Translations under genes and position numbers: made by a program
NCBI RefSeq assembly: GCF_009914755.1
Contig: NC_060936.1
Source: the human T2T-CHM13v2.0 reference genome, Homo sapiens
Length of the DNA stretch: 64,000 nucleotides
Reading direction: 5' to 3' (one strand)
Notes under the pieces: generated by a model
What the model was told of the DNA's origin: nothing
The model's input: only the letters and a program-made list of their open reading frames with translations
The model's database searches: none
Shown: positions 12,837-31,344 of the stretch, in pieces
Position numbering within the stretch: the stretch's first letter is position 1
Layout: every line of letters starts with the position of its first letter

Positions 12837-13446
12837 TCTATGCTCCAAAATATTATGTAGATATTTAATTGCTATTTATAAAATATTTAATAACATGAGA
12901 TTTACAATAATGTGTATTGTTTAAAATATTGGTTATAGAGTAGTATATACAGCATTATCACAATTTTATAAAGTTAAACATATGTATACATTTGTTTCTG
13001 TTATGCATGTAACAGAAAGAGGGAGACAATGGAAATGAGAGAGGAAAAAGGAAGAGGAAGAAAGAAAGAGAAAATGTTTCTTCAGTTAAATAAAGCAAAT
13101 AGCCAGCATTTTGCATTATACTTTGAGGGGAAACAAATTCCTCCATGGGAATCAATTGTTGGAAACCTAGCATTTATGCAAGGATTAAGAGATTTTCTTT
13201 GTGAAGAATAAGGTCCTAAAGGAACAAGTATATAGCCTGGTGGAAACTGTATAAACAACTGAGAACCAGCAACCTCAAAGAAAATTAAAACTGGATGTTA
13301 GTTATACTAAGTTACCCCAAAATTCCTGAGTATAAACTGAAAATATAAAACCATAATATATAATTATTTCATAAATAGCTATATATAAACATCTTGGCAA
13401 AATGTATATAACCATGCAGTTCCTGCCTGATACAGTATGTAGTGAT

Positions 13447-13717
<271 letters not shown>

Positions 13718-13789
13718 ATATGGGGTGATCTAAACAAAAATATTTTTATTATTGTAAACACCTAAGGTAAAGAATCATTATAATGATGA

Positions 13790-13945
13790 TTCTCTAACAT
13801 GCATCAGAATCAGCTGGAGGACTCACTTAACTATAGATAATATGTCTTCTCTCCCAAAGTTTCAGGTTCAGTAAGTCTGAGATGGGGGCCTAGAATTTTC
13901 ATTTTTAACAAATTCCCAGGTAATATTGAAGCAACTGATCTGATG
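13790..13945. mobile_element. MER5-like hAT-Charlie MITE
   Basis: tgcatcagaatca...ttcagtaagtctg...ggggcctagaattt...tttttaacaaattcccaggt. Confidence 0.7.
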
Positions 13946-14024
13946 TATGTATTGTACAACTGAACCACAGTTCTGACCCAGTAACTGCAATCTTGGGCTA
14001 CTTCCAACTCCAAAACAAAATATC

Positions 14025-14215
14025 CTAGGAAAGGCACTGAACTTGAAATCAAAAGACCAAAGTCTGAGTCCTCGTTTGTTACCTACAAGACGTAAAACAA
14101 AATCCCTTAGCACTATGAACTTTATTTTCTATGTTACTGGAGTAATAATACCTATTATATCTTTTAGGATTGTTATAAAAATAACTAAGGTAATATATAT
14201 TAAAGGCTTTTATAA
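14025..14215 (+). mobile_element. MIR fragment
   Basis: ggaaaggcactgaacttgaaatcaaaagacc...taataatacct...ggattgttataaaaat. Confidence 0.55.
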
Positions 14216-15698
14216 TCAGTTAATATCTTTAGAAATATAAATTCTTGTTATATGCCTCAGTTTCAATAACTTTTAAAAAACAGATTTCAACTTCACTGTA
14301 AGTTCCTAATCTTAGGTCAAACCCAATTATGGCTCCTGACAGTCTAGAGAAGGCTAAGGAAAGATGATCAAATAAAGCTATGCTTTCCAACTTTTGTCCC
14401 ATTCAAATAAGGACAAAGATGTAGGTGGGAGTAGGGGAAGGGGTGAGGTGGCCTTTTGCTAGGAAGTAGATAAGCTGGGTTAGAGATGAGATGTGAGACA
14501 ACTTCTCAGTGAGCAGAGGCTTGCTGCTAACAAGTGATGCCATGGCTGCCTTCCTCTTGGCAATCGTGATTCTAGATGATGGTACTTTCAGAATTCATGG
14601 AGGCCATGAGAATTTTTCTGGACCTAAAGTGAGAGGTTTATATCTTAACTTTTGGACACTACAGCTTGGCCTACTTGGATCTAACAAATCCTCATGTGTT
14701 AATCTGGCATTTGACCCTAGTCATGTTCTGACTTTCATTTAACTACAAGGGTTGAGTTTTGGCTTTTACCACATCTAACCCTAGTTCTCACTGCTGAATT
14801 GGGCCTGACATTATGGCTAAGAACTGATTATTGCCAGTGACTTCTGTCACTCTATGTCACAGTGTAGCCAAAAAGGACCATTATCCTAACTAGCATTATT
14901 TTATTTTCCACTGTAAAAGGCAGCAGCAGTACAACCAATTTTAGACCCTGACTGGATTACCAAAAATCTTAGAGTAATAAGGAAAAGTGAAATTGAAATT
15001 GAATGTGTAGCCTGAGATATGGCAATAACATAATATAAATGTGGAAATAATTATGTTCTAGGTCATTAATGAAGTATTAGATGTTAGTAAATACTCTGTC
15101 ACTCTGGCCACCAGATCTTCATGATTTGGTTCTAATGCACTAAAAGCTACAATAGTTCTGTTTCTTTAGCAATATCCTAAGAACGGAGCTATTTTTTAAA
15201 AAATAACTCCACACATTGGCTTCAGAATTCTTCTTCCAGCATTAAAAGGATTCCCACCATTGTCATCATCACCTTCACTATAACATGATCGTGGTACATT
15301 TCTTGGCCTCATACTCAACAAAAATTCCTTATAAGAATTAGATCTCCATTTATATATATAACATAATAAAACAGTAATAACTTTTATTTTTTTCCTCCTC
15401 TTACAAGTGTTAGGTGAGTATTACCTTTCCCAATGTTTACTCACTTTTGAAAGCAGACAGTCTTTTATATTTTTCAGTTTGCACTATTTTTATCCTGATA
15501 GTTCTGCTGCTTCCAGTGGGACTTCTAACAGAAATGAACACAAGAGATTCTTGGGCACAGCCTTGAACTTAGGCATTAAATCCCATCAATGATGTGACCT
15601 TTAAGCAATGGGCCGTTCAGTTTTTACTTTCTCATATACATTTACAGTGGATTTCAAAAAAATACATTTTATTGCTTCCAAACTTAAATCAATATTTT

Positions 15699-17880
15699 GG
15701 GGGTGGTTCCAAGATGGCTGAATAGGAACAGCTCCAGTCTACAGCTCACAGTGTGAGCAACGCAGAAGATGGGTGATTTCTGCATTTCCAACTGAGGTAC
15801 TGGGTTCATCTCACTGGGGCTCATTGGACAATGGGGGCAGGCCACCAAGTGTGAGCCGAAGCAGGGCAAGGCATCACCCCACCCAGGAAGTGCAAGGGAT
15901 CAGGGAATTCCCTTTCCTAGCCAAGGGAAGGGGTAACAGATGGCACCTGGAAAATCGGGTCACTCCCACTCTAATACTGTGCTTTTCTAACAGTCTTAGC
16001 AAATGGCACACCAGGAGATTATATCCTGTCCCTGGCTCAGAGGGTCCCATGCCCACAGAGCCTCACTCATTCCTAGCACAGCGGTCTGAGATTGAACTGC
16101 AAGGCTGCAGCAAGGCTGGGGGAGGGGAGCCCGCCATTGCTGAGGCTTGAGTAGATAAACAAAGCAGCTGGGAAGCTCAAACTGGGCAGAGCCCACCACA
16201 GGTCAAGGAGGCCTGCCTGCTTCTGTAGACTCCACCTCTGGGGGCAGGGCATAGCCAAACAAAAGGCAGCAGAAAACTCTGCAGACTTAAATGTCCCGGT
16301 CTGACAGCTTTGAAGAGAGTAGTGGTTCTCCCAGCATGGAGTTTAAGATCTGAAAATGGACAGACTGCCTCCTCAAGTAGGTTCCTTACCCCTGAGTAGC
16401 CTAACTGGGAGGCACCCCTTAGTAGGCACAGACTGACACCTCACACAGCCGGGTACCTGTCTGAGATGAAGCTTCCAGAGGAATGATCAGGGAGCAACAT
16501 TTGATGTTCTGTAATATTCACTGTTTTGCAGACTCCTTGCTGATACCAAGGCAAACAGGGTCTGGAGTGGACCTCCAGCAAACTCCAACAGACCTGCAGC
16601 TGAGGGTCCTGACTGGTAGAAGGAAAACTAACAAACAGAAAGAACATCCACACCAAAACCCCATCTGTACATCACCATCATCAAAGACCAAAGGTAGATA
16701 AAACCACAAAGATGGGGGAAAAACAGAGCAGAGAAGCTGAAAATTCTAAAAATCAGAGCACCTCTCCCCATCCAAAGGAATGCAGCTCCTCACCAGCAAT
16801 GGAACAAAGCTGGATGGAGAATGACTTTGACGAGTTGAGAGAAGAAGGCTTCAGATGATCAAACTTCTCCGAGCTAAAGGAGGAAGTTTGAACCCAAAAC
16901 AAAGACGCTAAAAACCTTGAAAAAAGATAGACGAATGGCTAACTAGAATAACCAGTGTAGAGAAGTCCTTAAATGACCTGATGGAGCTGAAAACCAAGGC
17001 ACAAGAACTACGTGATTAATGCACAAGCTTCAGTAGCCAATTCGATCAACTGGAAGAAAGGGTATCAGTGATTGAAGATCAAATGAATGAAATGAAGCAA
17101 GAAGAGAAGCTTAGAGAAAAAAGAATAAAAAGAAAGTAACAAAGCCTCCAAGAAATATGGGACTATGTGAAAAGACCAAATCTACATCTGATTGGTGTAC
17201 CTGAAAGTGACAGGGAGAATGGAACCAAGTTGGAAAACGCTCTTCAGGATATTATCCAGGAGAACTTAGCAAGGCAGGCCAACATTCAAATTCAGGAAAT
17301 ACAGAGAACACCACAAAGATACTCCTCAAGAAGAGCAAGTCCAAGACACATAATTGTGAGATTCACCAAAGTTGAAATGAAGGAAAAAATGTTAAGGGCA
17401 GCCAGAGAGAAAGGTCGGGTGACCCACAAAGGGAAGCCCATCAGACTAATAGCTGATCTCTCGGTAGAAACTCTACCAGCCAGAAGAGAGTGGGGGCCAA
17501 TATTCAACTTTCTTAAAGAAAAGATTTTTCAACCCAGAATTTCATATCCAGCCAAATTAAGCTTCATAAGTGAAGGAGAAATAAAATCCTTTACAGACAA
17601 GCATATGCTGAGAGATTTTGTCACCACCAGGCCTGCTCTACAAGAGCTCCTGAAGGAAGAACTAAATATAGAAAGGAACAACTGTACCAGTCACTGCAAA
17701 AACATGACAAATTGTAAAGGCCATCAATGCTAGGAAGAAACTGCATCAACTAACGAGCAAAATAACCAGCTAACATCATAATTACAGGATCAAATTTACA
17801 CATAAAAATATTAACCTTAAATGTAAATGGGCTAAATGCTCCAATTAAAAGACACAGACTGGCAAACTGGATAAAGAGTC
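15699..17880 (+). mobile_element. L1PA (about PA5/6) 5' module: complete 5'UTR, disrupted ORF1 (16712-17717) and first ~100 bp of ORF2
   Basis: Starts gggggtggttccaagatggctgaataggaacagc; ORF1 peptide KRPNLHLIGVPE...; ends ...ggataaagagtc. Confidence 0.95.
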
Positions 17881-18108
17881 TATAGCTCCCAGCATGAGCG
17901 ATGCAGAAGATGGGTGATTTCTGCATTTCCAACTGAGGTACCAGGTTCATCTCACTGGGGAGTGTCGGACAGTGGGCGCAGGACAGTGGGTGCAGCATAC
18001 TGAGCATGAGCTGAAGCAGGGTGAGGCATCACCTCACCCGGGAAGTGCAAGGGGTCAGGGAATTCCTTTCCTAGGCAAAGAATGAGGTGACAGATGGCAC
18101 CTGGAAAA

Positions 18109-18291
18109 TCAGGTCACTCCCACCCTAATACTGTGCTTTTCCAAAAGTCTTAGCAAATGGCACACCAGGAGATTATATCCTGCGCATGGCTTGGAAGGTG
18201 CTACACCCATGGAGCCTTGCTCATTGCTAGCACAGCAGTCTGAGATCAAACTGCAAGGCGGCAGCAAGGCTGGGGGAGGTGTGTCCACCAT
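18109..18291 (-). other. L1 ORF0-like frame (60 aa, MVDTPPPALLPPCSLISDCCASN...)
   Basis: Antisense in the second 5'UTR; resembles ORF0 but stops earlier. Confidence 0.55.
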
Positions 18292-19964
18292 TGCTGAGGC
18301 TTGAGTAGGTAAACAAAGTGGCTGGGAGGCTCGAACTGGGTGGAGCCCACTGCATCTCAAGGAGGCCTGCCTGTCTCTGTAGACTCCACCTCTGGGGGCA
18401 GGGCATAGCCAAACAAAAGGCAGCAGAAAACTGTGCAGACTTAAATGTCCCTGTCAGCTTTGAAGAGAGTAGTGGTCTGACAGCTTTGAAGAGAGTAGTG
18501 GTTCTCCCAGCACGCAGCTGGAGATCTGAGAATGGACAGACTGCCTCCCCAAGTGGGTCCCTGACCCCTGAGTAGCCTAACTGGGAGGCACCGCCCAGTA
18601 GGGGCAGACTGACACCTCACACAGCCGGGTACTCCTCTGAGACAAAACTTCCAGAGGAACGATCAGGCAGCAACATTTGCTCTTCACCAATATCCACTGT
18701 TCTGCAGCCTCCATTGCTGATACCCAGGAAAACAGGGTCTGGAGTGGACCTCCAGGAAACTCCAACAGACTTGCAGCTGAGGGTCCTGACTGGTAAAAGG
18801 AAAACTAACAAATGGAAAGGACATCCACACCAAAACCCCATCTCTACGTCACCATCACAAAGACCAAAGGTAGATAAAACCACAAAGATGGGGAAAAAAC
18901 AGAGCAGAAAAACTGGAAACTCTAAAAATCAGAGCGTCTCTCCTGCTCCAAAGGAACGCAGCTCCTCACCAGGAATGGAACAAAGCTGGATGGAGAATGA
19001 CTTTGACAAGTTGAGAGAAGAAGGCTTCAGATGATCAAACTTCTCCGAGTTAAGGAGGAAGTTTGAACCCATGGCAAAGAAGATAAAAACCTTGAAAAAA
19101 GATTAGACGAATGGCTAACTAGAATAACCAATGCAGAGAAGTCCTTAAAGGACCTGATGGAGCTGAAAACCAAGGCACGAGAACTACGTGACGAACGCAC
19201 AAGCCTCAGTAGCCGATTGGATCAACTGGAAGAATGGGTATCAGTGATGGAAGATCAAATGAATGAAATGAAGCGAGAAGAGAAGTTTAGAGAAAAAAAA
19301 TAAAAAGAAACCAATAAGGCCTCCAAGGAATATGGGACTATGTGAAAAGACCAAATCTATGTCTGATTGGTGTACCTGAAAGTGATGGGGAGAATTGAAC
19401 CAAGTTGGAAAACACTCTGTTAGATATTATCCAGGTGAAATTCCCCAATCTAGCAAGGCAGGACAGTATTGAAATTCAGAAAATACAGAGAACAACACAA
19501 AGATACTCCTTGAGAAGAGCAACTCCAAGACACATAATTGTCAGATTCACCAAAGTTGAAATGAAGGAGAAAATGTTAAGGGCAGCCAGAGAGAAAGGTC
19601 GGGTCACTCACAAAGGGAAGCCCATCAGACTAACAGCTGATCTCTCGGCAGAAACTCTACAAGCCAGAAGACAGTGGGGGCCAGTATTCAACATTCTTAA
19701 AGAAAAGAATTTTCAACCCAGAATTTCATATCCAGCCAAACTAAGCTTCATAAGTGAAGGAGAAATAAAATACTTTACAGACAACAAATGCTGAGGAATT
19801 TTGTCACCACCAGGCCTCCCCTAAAAGAGCTCCTGAAGGAAACACTAAACATGGAAAGGAAAAACCAGTACCAGCCACAGCAAAAACATGCCAAAATGTA
19901 AAGACCATTGAGGCTAGGAGGAAACTGCATCAACTAACGAGCAAAATAACCAGCTAACATCATA

Positions 19965-23776
<3,812 letters not shown>

Positions 23777-24349
23777 ACAACGAGAACACCTGGACACAGG
23801 AAGGGAACATCACACACCAGGGCCAGTTGTGGGGGGGGCAGGGGGGAGGGAAAGCATTAGGAGATATACCTAATGTAAATGATGAGTTAATGGGTGCAGC
23901 ACACCAACATGGCACATGTATACATATATAACAAACCTGCACGTTGTGCACATGTACCCTAGAACTTTAAGTATAATTAAAAGAAAAGAAAAAAGAAAAA
24001 AAAGAAAAAGAAATCAATATTTCACTACCTCTAGCCACTTTGTTAGCAGAAAATTTTTATTCTTAGAGCAGTGTTACAGATTAGCATTATCCTACATCTC
24101 CCACCTGTATTAACCTGAATATAATAACTTAAATTTCCAAGATTTGAATTAGAGAAGAAAGCTTTAAGCTGCTAATTGTCCCTCAGGTACTTTATTCTGG
24201 GCCCTGAGGCATGGAATCTCCCTAGACAGATCTATTTTTCACATGTCCTAAGTATGCACTTAAAGGGGTTGTGCTGAACAACTTTCACCTTCTTTCTGGT
24301 TTGTCAATTCCTAAAATGAAGCCCTAGCCACAAAATCGTGAAACTCTAC

Positions 24350-24566
24350 AGTATAGGTTCTGGAGTTTGACCAACATCAGTTCAAATCCTGACTATAATT
24401 TATAGAATATGTATTATGTGGCAAGTTACTTGATCTCTTTGTGCTTCTGTTTCTGTATCTTCATCTGCAAAAGATGGGTCCTAATACTTGAGATAAAATG
24501 AGGTAATTTAAGTGTTTTGCAGAGTGCCTTCCATGTATTCAGTGTCAATGAGTTATAGCTATTTTT
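24350..24566 (+). mobile_element. MIR
   Basis: ttctggagtt...gttcaaatcctgact...ggcaagttacttgatctct...catctgcaaaa. Confidence 0.7.
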
Positions 24567-26202
24567 GGCAACAACTTTTCATCCTTATTTGTATGGCTAG
24601 GACTCACCTCCCCTTTCCCGGCACACAAAAAAAGACAAGGAAAAGTATGTAGAATCCCAGACACAAATTAGTATTTTCCACAGTGAAAGCCAAGATAAGT
24701 TAACAACAACGTCATCAATAATACCAACAATCATACTGAGCAAGTGCCTGGAAACAAAAAGAAAATTAATCCTTGATTTCAAAAGGCTTATGGATCATGA
24801 AACTTTTATTAGAAATACCTTGTCTATAAAATGACATTCTCTATATGATAATATATCCAAAAAAACTTTCCATTTCTGCTTCTTCAACTGGAATCTTGCT
24901 TTGGTTTGCTTATATTTTTATTAATATATGCTTTAGCATATCTACATGACCCCAAACTGTAAGAATTAAATGAATTTTTAGTCATATAGTTACTGCATTC
25001 CTATAACTAAGTGGGTTTAGGCAACAATATTTTACATCTGCTTCTAATTCAGACTTTCTGGTTTGCACAACCTCTGGGCTTTGTAGGCCAATATTTTCAA
25101 AACATTATTTGTATATCTTACCTACAATCTCTAAAACTTAGGATATGCCCCTAATATAAGTAGTATTTTCTGAGCTATTAAAAATAAAAAATCACACAAA
25201 CAAAATATTCTAATAGAATCTAAGTAGTATTAGAGGACTGATTATATAAAGCCTGTGCAACATGCTCTTTTAACTCTATTACTTGTGTCATTGCTGATGA
25301 AATATTTATTGATCAGGAAACAGAAGTAGGTACAGCAAACACAGAGAAGTATGACTTTGGCTATGCATTCAAGAAGAATGTGTTACTTAGTATGACTTTG
25401 ATTACTAAAAAATCCATTTCTTCTTGTTAGCCACCCCGAGGAAAACTATTCCAACTATAAGACAAGACAATATGGGTATAGCCTAACAAGTAAGACTGTG
25501 CTACAGATAATACAGTGTAGGAGCCAGCTCCCTACATGTGGTTGGATTTTCCTAAGCTGAAAAGGTTAAATGTAATGGTGTTTAATTAATTAGATGGAAT
25601 TCCTTTGATTAATCAACTGACATTTTTAATATCAAGTAGGTAATTTAACAATTTCAGCCTACTGCTCTTATGCCTAAAGCTCTTAAAAATATCAATAAAT
25701 AGGATACACCATAAACACGACAGGTGCAGATGTAAAACAAACTTACATAAATTTAGATGATATTAATGCTTAAAATCTTATAAAAATTAATATGCATATT
25801 ATGCAGAATACATGGATTAATGCATTTCTTCCTAATAATGTTTCCTTGCTGCAAAGCTGGCTAGAGTCTATATTTTTCTAATTTATGATCTAGTATGTCA
25901 AAGTTTTACATCCAGTAGAGTATCATTGTTTGGAATCCATAATTCATAATATTGTCAAATTACTTATGAATTGTTTTGAGAGGAAGTGAAACATAAAAAA
26001 GAAGTTAACTATAGTTATAGATAGTACCCTATACTTCCTTGTTCACTCAATGGACAAGAATCAGACCACCAGATTTTGTCACTTTTGCTAGCAATGTACC
26101 CTCAGGCCCTTTTACAATCTTTTGTGATCTTGAAGTTTGCTTAGATTGTGTAACCCTAATTACAAGCACCCAAAGTTTTCTTAGGAACAATCTGAGGGAA
26201 AG

Positions 26203-26588
26203 TGTTATGTACTAAATTTTTTGTCCCCACAAAATTCATATGTTGAAGCTCTCACTCGCAGTGTGATAATATTTGGGCATAGGGTCTTTGGAAGGTATTT
26301 GGGTCATGAAGGCAAGGTCCTGGTATGGTGGGATTAGTGCCCTTACAAAAATGAAATATCAGAGAGCTTGTTCTCAATCTCTTCAGCAGCACACACTGAG
26401 GAAATGTCATGTGTGCACAAAGCAAGAAGGCAGCAGTCTGAAAAGCAGAAAGAGAGCCCTCGCCAGAAACCAATCCCACCAATGTTAATCTGGATATCTA
26501 GCTACCAGAACTGTGAAAAATAAATTTCTGTTGTTTAAGCCACCCAGTCTAAGGTGTTGTGCTCTGGCAGCCCCAGCAGAGTAAGACA
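26203..26588 (+). mobile_element. MLT1A-like MaLR solo LTR
   Basis: tgttatg...aaaattcatatgttgaagc...aataaatttctgttgtttaagccacccagtc...taagaca. Confidence 0.85.
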
Positions 26589-26815
26589 CAACGGTGTATT
26601 ATTTCATCTGTGAGCCCAACACCCTGATGAATTGGAGAGGAGACCAGGCTCATTGAACCCATGCAATAAGACCCTTGTGGTTTCCATAGGATTCACAAGA
26701 ACTAATACAACCCCCACTGACACAGTGGAGAGGCTCTTGGCCTTGCCCACTATGGGGCAGAGGAGGCTGTTTGACTCATTCATAGGCATTCTCCCAGGAT
26801 TATAATCATGACCCC

Positions 26816-27223
26816 TGCTATGGTTTAAATGTTTGGTTCTTCCAAAATCGTGTTGAAATTTAGCTGCTATTGTAACAGCATCAAGAGGTGGAATCTTTTT
26901 AATACTGCACTAAGTACTTAAAATAGTATTTAGAGTGAGTGATTAGGTCATGTGGGCTCTTCCATCATGAGTGGATTAATATCATTATCACAGGAGCGGG
27001 TTCCTTATGAAAAACAAGTTTTTCCCCTTCTCTCATTCTTTCTCTCTCACCCTTTTTTTCCCCTTGCACCATGGGATGATGCCACAGGAAGACTCTTGCC
27101 AGATGCTGGCCCCTCAATCTTGGACTTCCCAGCCTCAAGAACCATGATCCAATAAACTTTTGTTATTTCTAAATTATCCTGTCTGTGGTATTACGTTATA
27201 GCAGCACAAAATGGACTAAGACA
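26816..27223 (+). mobile_element. MST-type (MSTC/D-like) MaLR solo LTR
   Basis: tgctatggttt...tcttggacttcccagcctc...aataaa...tggactaagaca. Confidence 0.85.
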
Positions 27224-29437
27224 ATCCTATGTGTAGCCTATTTCTCTCTTTTGTAACCCTTCAAATAACCTCAGAAAATTATGTGTTGTAGCCTCAAGTG
27301 TACCTATGCTAATTTATATCTCACTGAGTTAGAAATGAGGTAGTGTTTCATAAAAGGGAGTGATGTACAGTTTGTTCTTCTTCAGGAACTAGTAGAAAGA
27401 GCTAGTAAATCCTGATCAGCACCAGAGAAAGAGAAAGAAAGAGAGGCAGTATCTCTTCTAAAATAAACTTCCTTCTGGTCTTCCAAATTCTATTCTGTTT
27501 TTCTATAGGTATGCCTTTATTAACTTTCTTTCAATATCGCTTTAAAAATGCCTTCTCAGCAACTACCTTTTGAGAAGTAATTACTGTTGCCCTTTATTTC
27601 CAGCCATGGCAAGCAGCAGTGAAAGAAGGTGACAATGGGCCCTGGCTGGTCTGAATATTGCCTGACGCCAGGGCCCCACCACCATAATAAGGCTGCCTGG
27701 GTCAGAGCGACTGCATATACTCCCCAAGGCAATAACACAGTTAAGAAAGTTATTTACAAGGAACAAACATCTTATTATGAAGAGAAAACAGAAGCAAGAA
27801 AAATGAAGTACATTTCCCAATTACAGACTCTCAGCCATTTTCTAAAAGCCTCCTGTCAAGTTTATAAATGTAATTGTTAAACAGCTGCTAAGAGTGGCAA
27901 ACAAAATGTCAATAACAAGGATCAAATAATGCTTTCTTAAAAAATGAAAGAAGACCGAGGTCAGTCTATGGTGCCAATCAAAGGCATGAAAACAAGTTAT
28001 TACTCCCTTGTAAATATAAGTTCATTTTAGTAAGTTTCTCCCTACAGTCATAATTAGCTAACAGTATTATCCTACAATTGAGATGTCTGGCTTTGTTAAA
28101 TGGTGAGATGTGTTAGTATATATGTACCACACATATGAATTTTACATTATACATTTTCAGAAAAGGCGAAATCAATTTGTTATGTGGATGTAAGACATGA
28201 CTCCAACTCCAGGCCAGTATGTTTATTAGTGCTGATATTTATGCATAGTGCCCAATTTCAGAATATTAGCAAAATTAAACTTGAATGATTCTAATTTATA
28301 ATAACTTTCAACTCTCTTTAAAACAAGATCTGATAACCTTTGGAAGTTAGTGGAATAACTCTTCTTGAAGGTCTTTCACACTACTGCACTTTCATTTGGA
28401 CTAGCTAATTAGGAAAATATTTTTGTTTTAACTTAAAAATGTCCAACAGGCTGTGTATTGGATGTCCATATCTTAGTAAAAGCTCAGACTGCAGCCTTTA
28501 TTGGTAGTATCTTTTCCTCTCACAGGCATCATGGAGGAGGCATGATCTGATAAAGAGACAGTAAATGTATCAATGAGTTTGGATTCATATACTGGCGTTT
28601 TAAAATTCTAACTTAATGAAAATATTTCAATATTTACTCTTGCAAACCAAAAGTTAATTTTCATTTTTATCATACTTCATGTTTGCACATTTCATATAAG
28701 CCCTTTTTCTTTCCCTTCAGAGATATTGGGTCACTATATTGTGATGATGTGAAGGATCATGTGCTGTCTTTAGTATCTCAAAATTAACGCCACTGTTTTG
28801 ACTGATATTCCAGGGCAAGAAACATGTGTTGTTGCTCTTTTACGTTTCATGTCCATAAAACATAGCACATTACTGTGCATAGCACAGGCCCTTCATTGAC
28901 AGTAACTGATGAATTCCAAGAGAGGAGGAAAAAGCTTAACAATTTTCTTACCCTTGGGGGATGGATGAAAAAAGCAGATGCTAAAGTATTATGTGACAGC
29001 ATAAACATTAACTTTTTTTTTTTTCAGGGAAACAAGAACATTACTAATGAGAGAAATTAATATTTTAGAACTGACTTGAGGCCCTTGACTATGAAGACAG
29101 CATTTCTACTAAATTTGAGAATTCATATTCTTTAGTAATTGTAACAAGTAAATTTGCCACCTAGATTTTTACTGCTAATTCTTTACAAATACTCTAGCAT
29201 AGTGAGATTTTTATTTGACTTTATTGCTCTGTGCTGTTGATGTTTTTATAAGTAAGGAGACAAGTGAGAAGAAAATCTATTTTGTGTTGGCTAAGTAGAG
29301 ATATTGAGAAGGCAACTTAATGCTTTGTCTTCTTTACTCTAACCAGAAAATAAACTATTCCTTCCTTAAAATTTCAGCTCTATGTATAATATAATTAAGA
29401 ACTCTGTAAAATTCTTGGAAATATTGCCTTAGAACCT

Positions 29438-29931
29438 TGAGATAGACAGAATAACATCCCCTGAAAGATCCCATACCCTAATCCCCAGAATCTGTGGATA
29501 TGTAAGGCTGCATGGCCAATTACAAGGAGAATTAAATTGCAGGTTGAATTAAGGTTGCTAATCAAATATCCCTAAAACAGAGAGATAGCATGGATTGTCC
29601 AGGTGCTTACAATGTTAACACAGGTCCTTACATGTGGAAGAAGGAGACAGAAGAGAAGGTAAAATGAATGTGGTATGGGCAGAACTGTAGCTGATGTGTC
29701 TGACTTTAAAGATGTAGAATGGGGGTCGCAAGCTGAGGAATGGGAAAACCTTGGAAATGAATTATCTCCTAGAACCTCCAGAGGGAGCATGTCCCTGCCG
29801 ACACCTTGACTTTAAACCAGTAAGATAATTTTGGAATTCAGATCTCCAAAACTGTAAGAGAATAAATGTAAATTGTTTTAAGCCACCAAGTTTGCAGTAA
29901 TTTGTTACTGCAGTAATAGAAAGGTAATATA
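29438..29931 (+). mobile_element. MLT1D-like MaLR solo LTR
   Basis: ctaatccccagaatctgtg...gaattaaggttgctaatca...tagaacctccaga...gttttaagccaccaagtttg. Confidence 0.85.
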
Positions 29932-31344
29932 AACTCTATCTCTCCCAGGTTGGTTTAATATCAGAACTCGATGCTATGTTCTACACCTCTAGTTATATTG
30001 CTGTTCAGATGATTTATTTGCTGGAAAACCTTCTAATAGACTGAATGAAAAGGAGCCCCACAAATATAATGTTCATAATAATTTTTCAGTGTTTGTTTCC
30101 ACATTTTCTACAGACATGTCTAGAGGTCACCTTTCATGTGACTATAAGTCAAAATTAAATGTATCTCCAAGTAATTTCCCTCAGGCCACAATTAAACAAT
30201 TAACAGCCACTTTTCGCACAATAAATATAAGTAGGTTTAGTAACTTAACAATTGCTTTATCAAGTCATTCCTGTGCCTGTATTGAAGGAAATAATAATAT
30301 TTGTGATCTTTCAAAAACGTAATGAAGAAACAGAAAATGCAAAATCACATTATTAGTGATAATGTATGTGTCCCTTAAATGAAGTCCCCCTGTGGTGCAG
30401 TTCATTAATAGCTTGGGCCTTTTAGTATGAAAATACATGTAACATTGGATGGGTCATTGGACCTAGTCCTTAAAGTCCTTCTCCAGCATGCAGTTCAAAA
30501 ACTCTATGATCCTCTGTTGATGTAGATCAAAGCACAGAATCAGTCTACTTTCTTAAAATAAAACTTCTTATAAATATCCTTAAAAGCAAGGCTTCCTTTA
30601 TTGCATTTGAAGATTTAAAGTTAGGCTTAACAAAATCTCATTACCTGGCATGCTTGCAGACTTATTTTAAGGATAAAATTTAAAAAAACACACACACATT
30701 CTAAAGTCAGACACAGGTACTGATATGGAAAAGTCATTAGTTAAGCTTTTAAAAATATCTGGTTATTTCAAACATATAATACAATGCCATTGCTTAGCAG
30801 TTTGATGAATATAAATTAATAATGGCTTCCTGATTCAGAAATAATATTGTGAGCATTTGTTTACAAAAAAAGTATTACTTGCCTCTCCCAGGTATCACCA
30901 TATAGATATCATTTGAAAAATAAATTATTTAACCAAAAGTTGAAGGAATCTTATCTGAGGTTGTTTCTTGCTCTCAATAAAATTATTTTATTTCTTCTTA
31001 GCAATACCTATTGATTTTTCAACAGTGGTCAAAATATGTTCCTTATTACACATCAATACCTATTTAAAACTATAAAGGAATGTTTTATATACTGGTCCAT
31101 GAAGGCCTAGAAACCTCAAACTCCTTTGCAAGACTGGATTAATTGGGAGCAGAGGCAGATGCGTGATACAGGTAGCATTCCTATACCCACCATTTTAATC
31201 AGGTAGCTCAGCTTTCTCTAGTTTATATGTTGGATTTCACTTTTGGTTGGAAGAAATGTTTGGGTACCACTGTCTTAAAGAACTTCACTGCAATAAAATT
31301 CACATTCATACAGAATATATTATATAAAAGCACATTTCAACCCT

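Noticed and set aside
25788-25822. Palindrome taatatgcatatta with POU-like motifs; also octamer ATGCAAAT at 34330
   Set aside because: Expected by chance in AT-rich DNA; no supporting evidence without conservation data.
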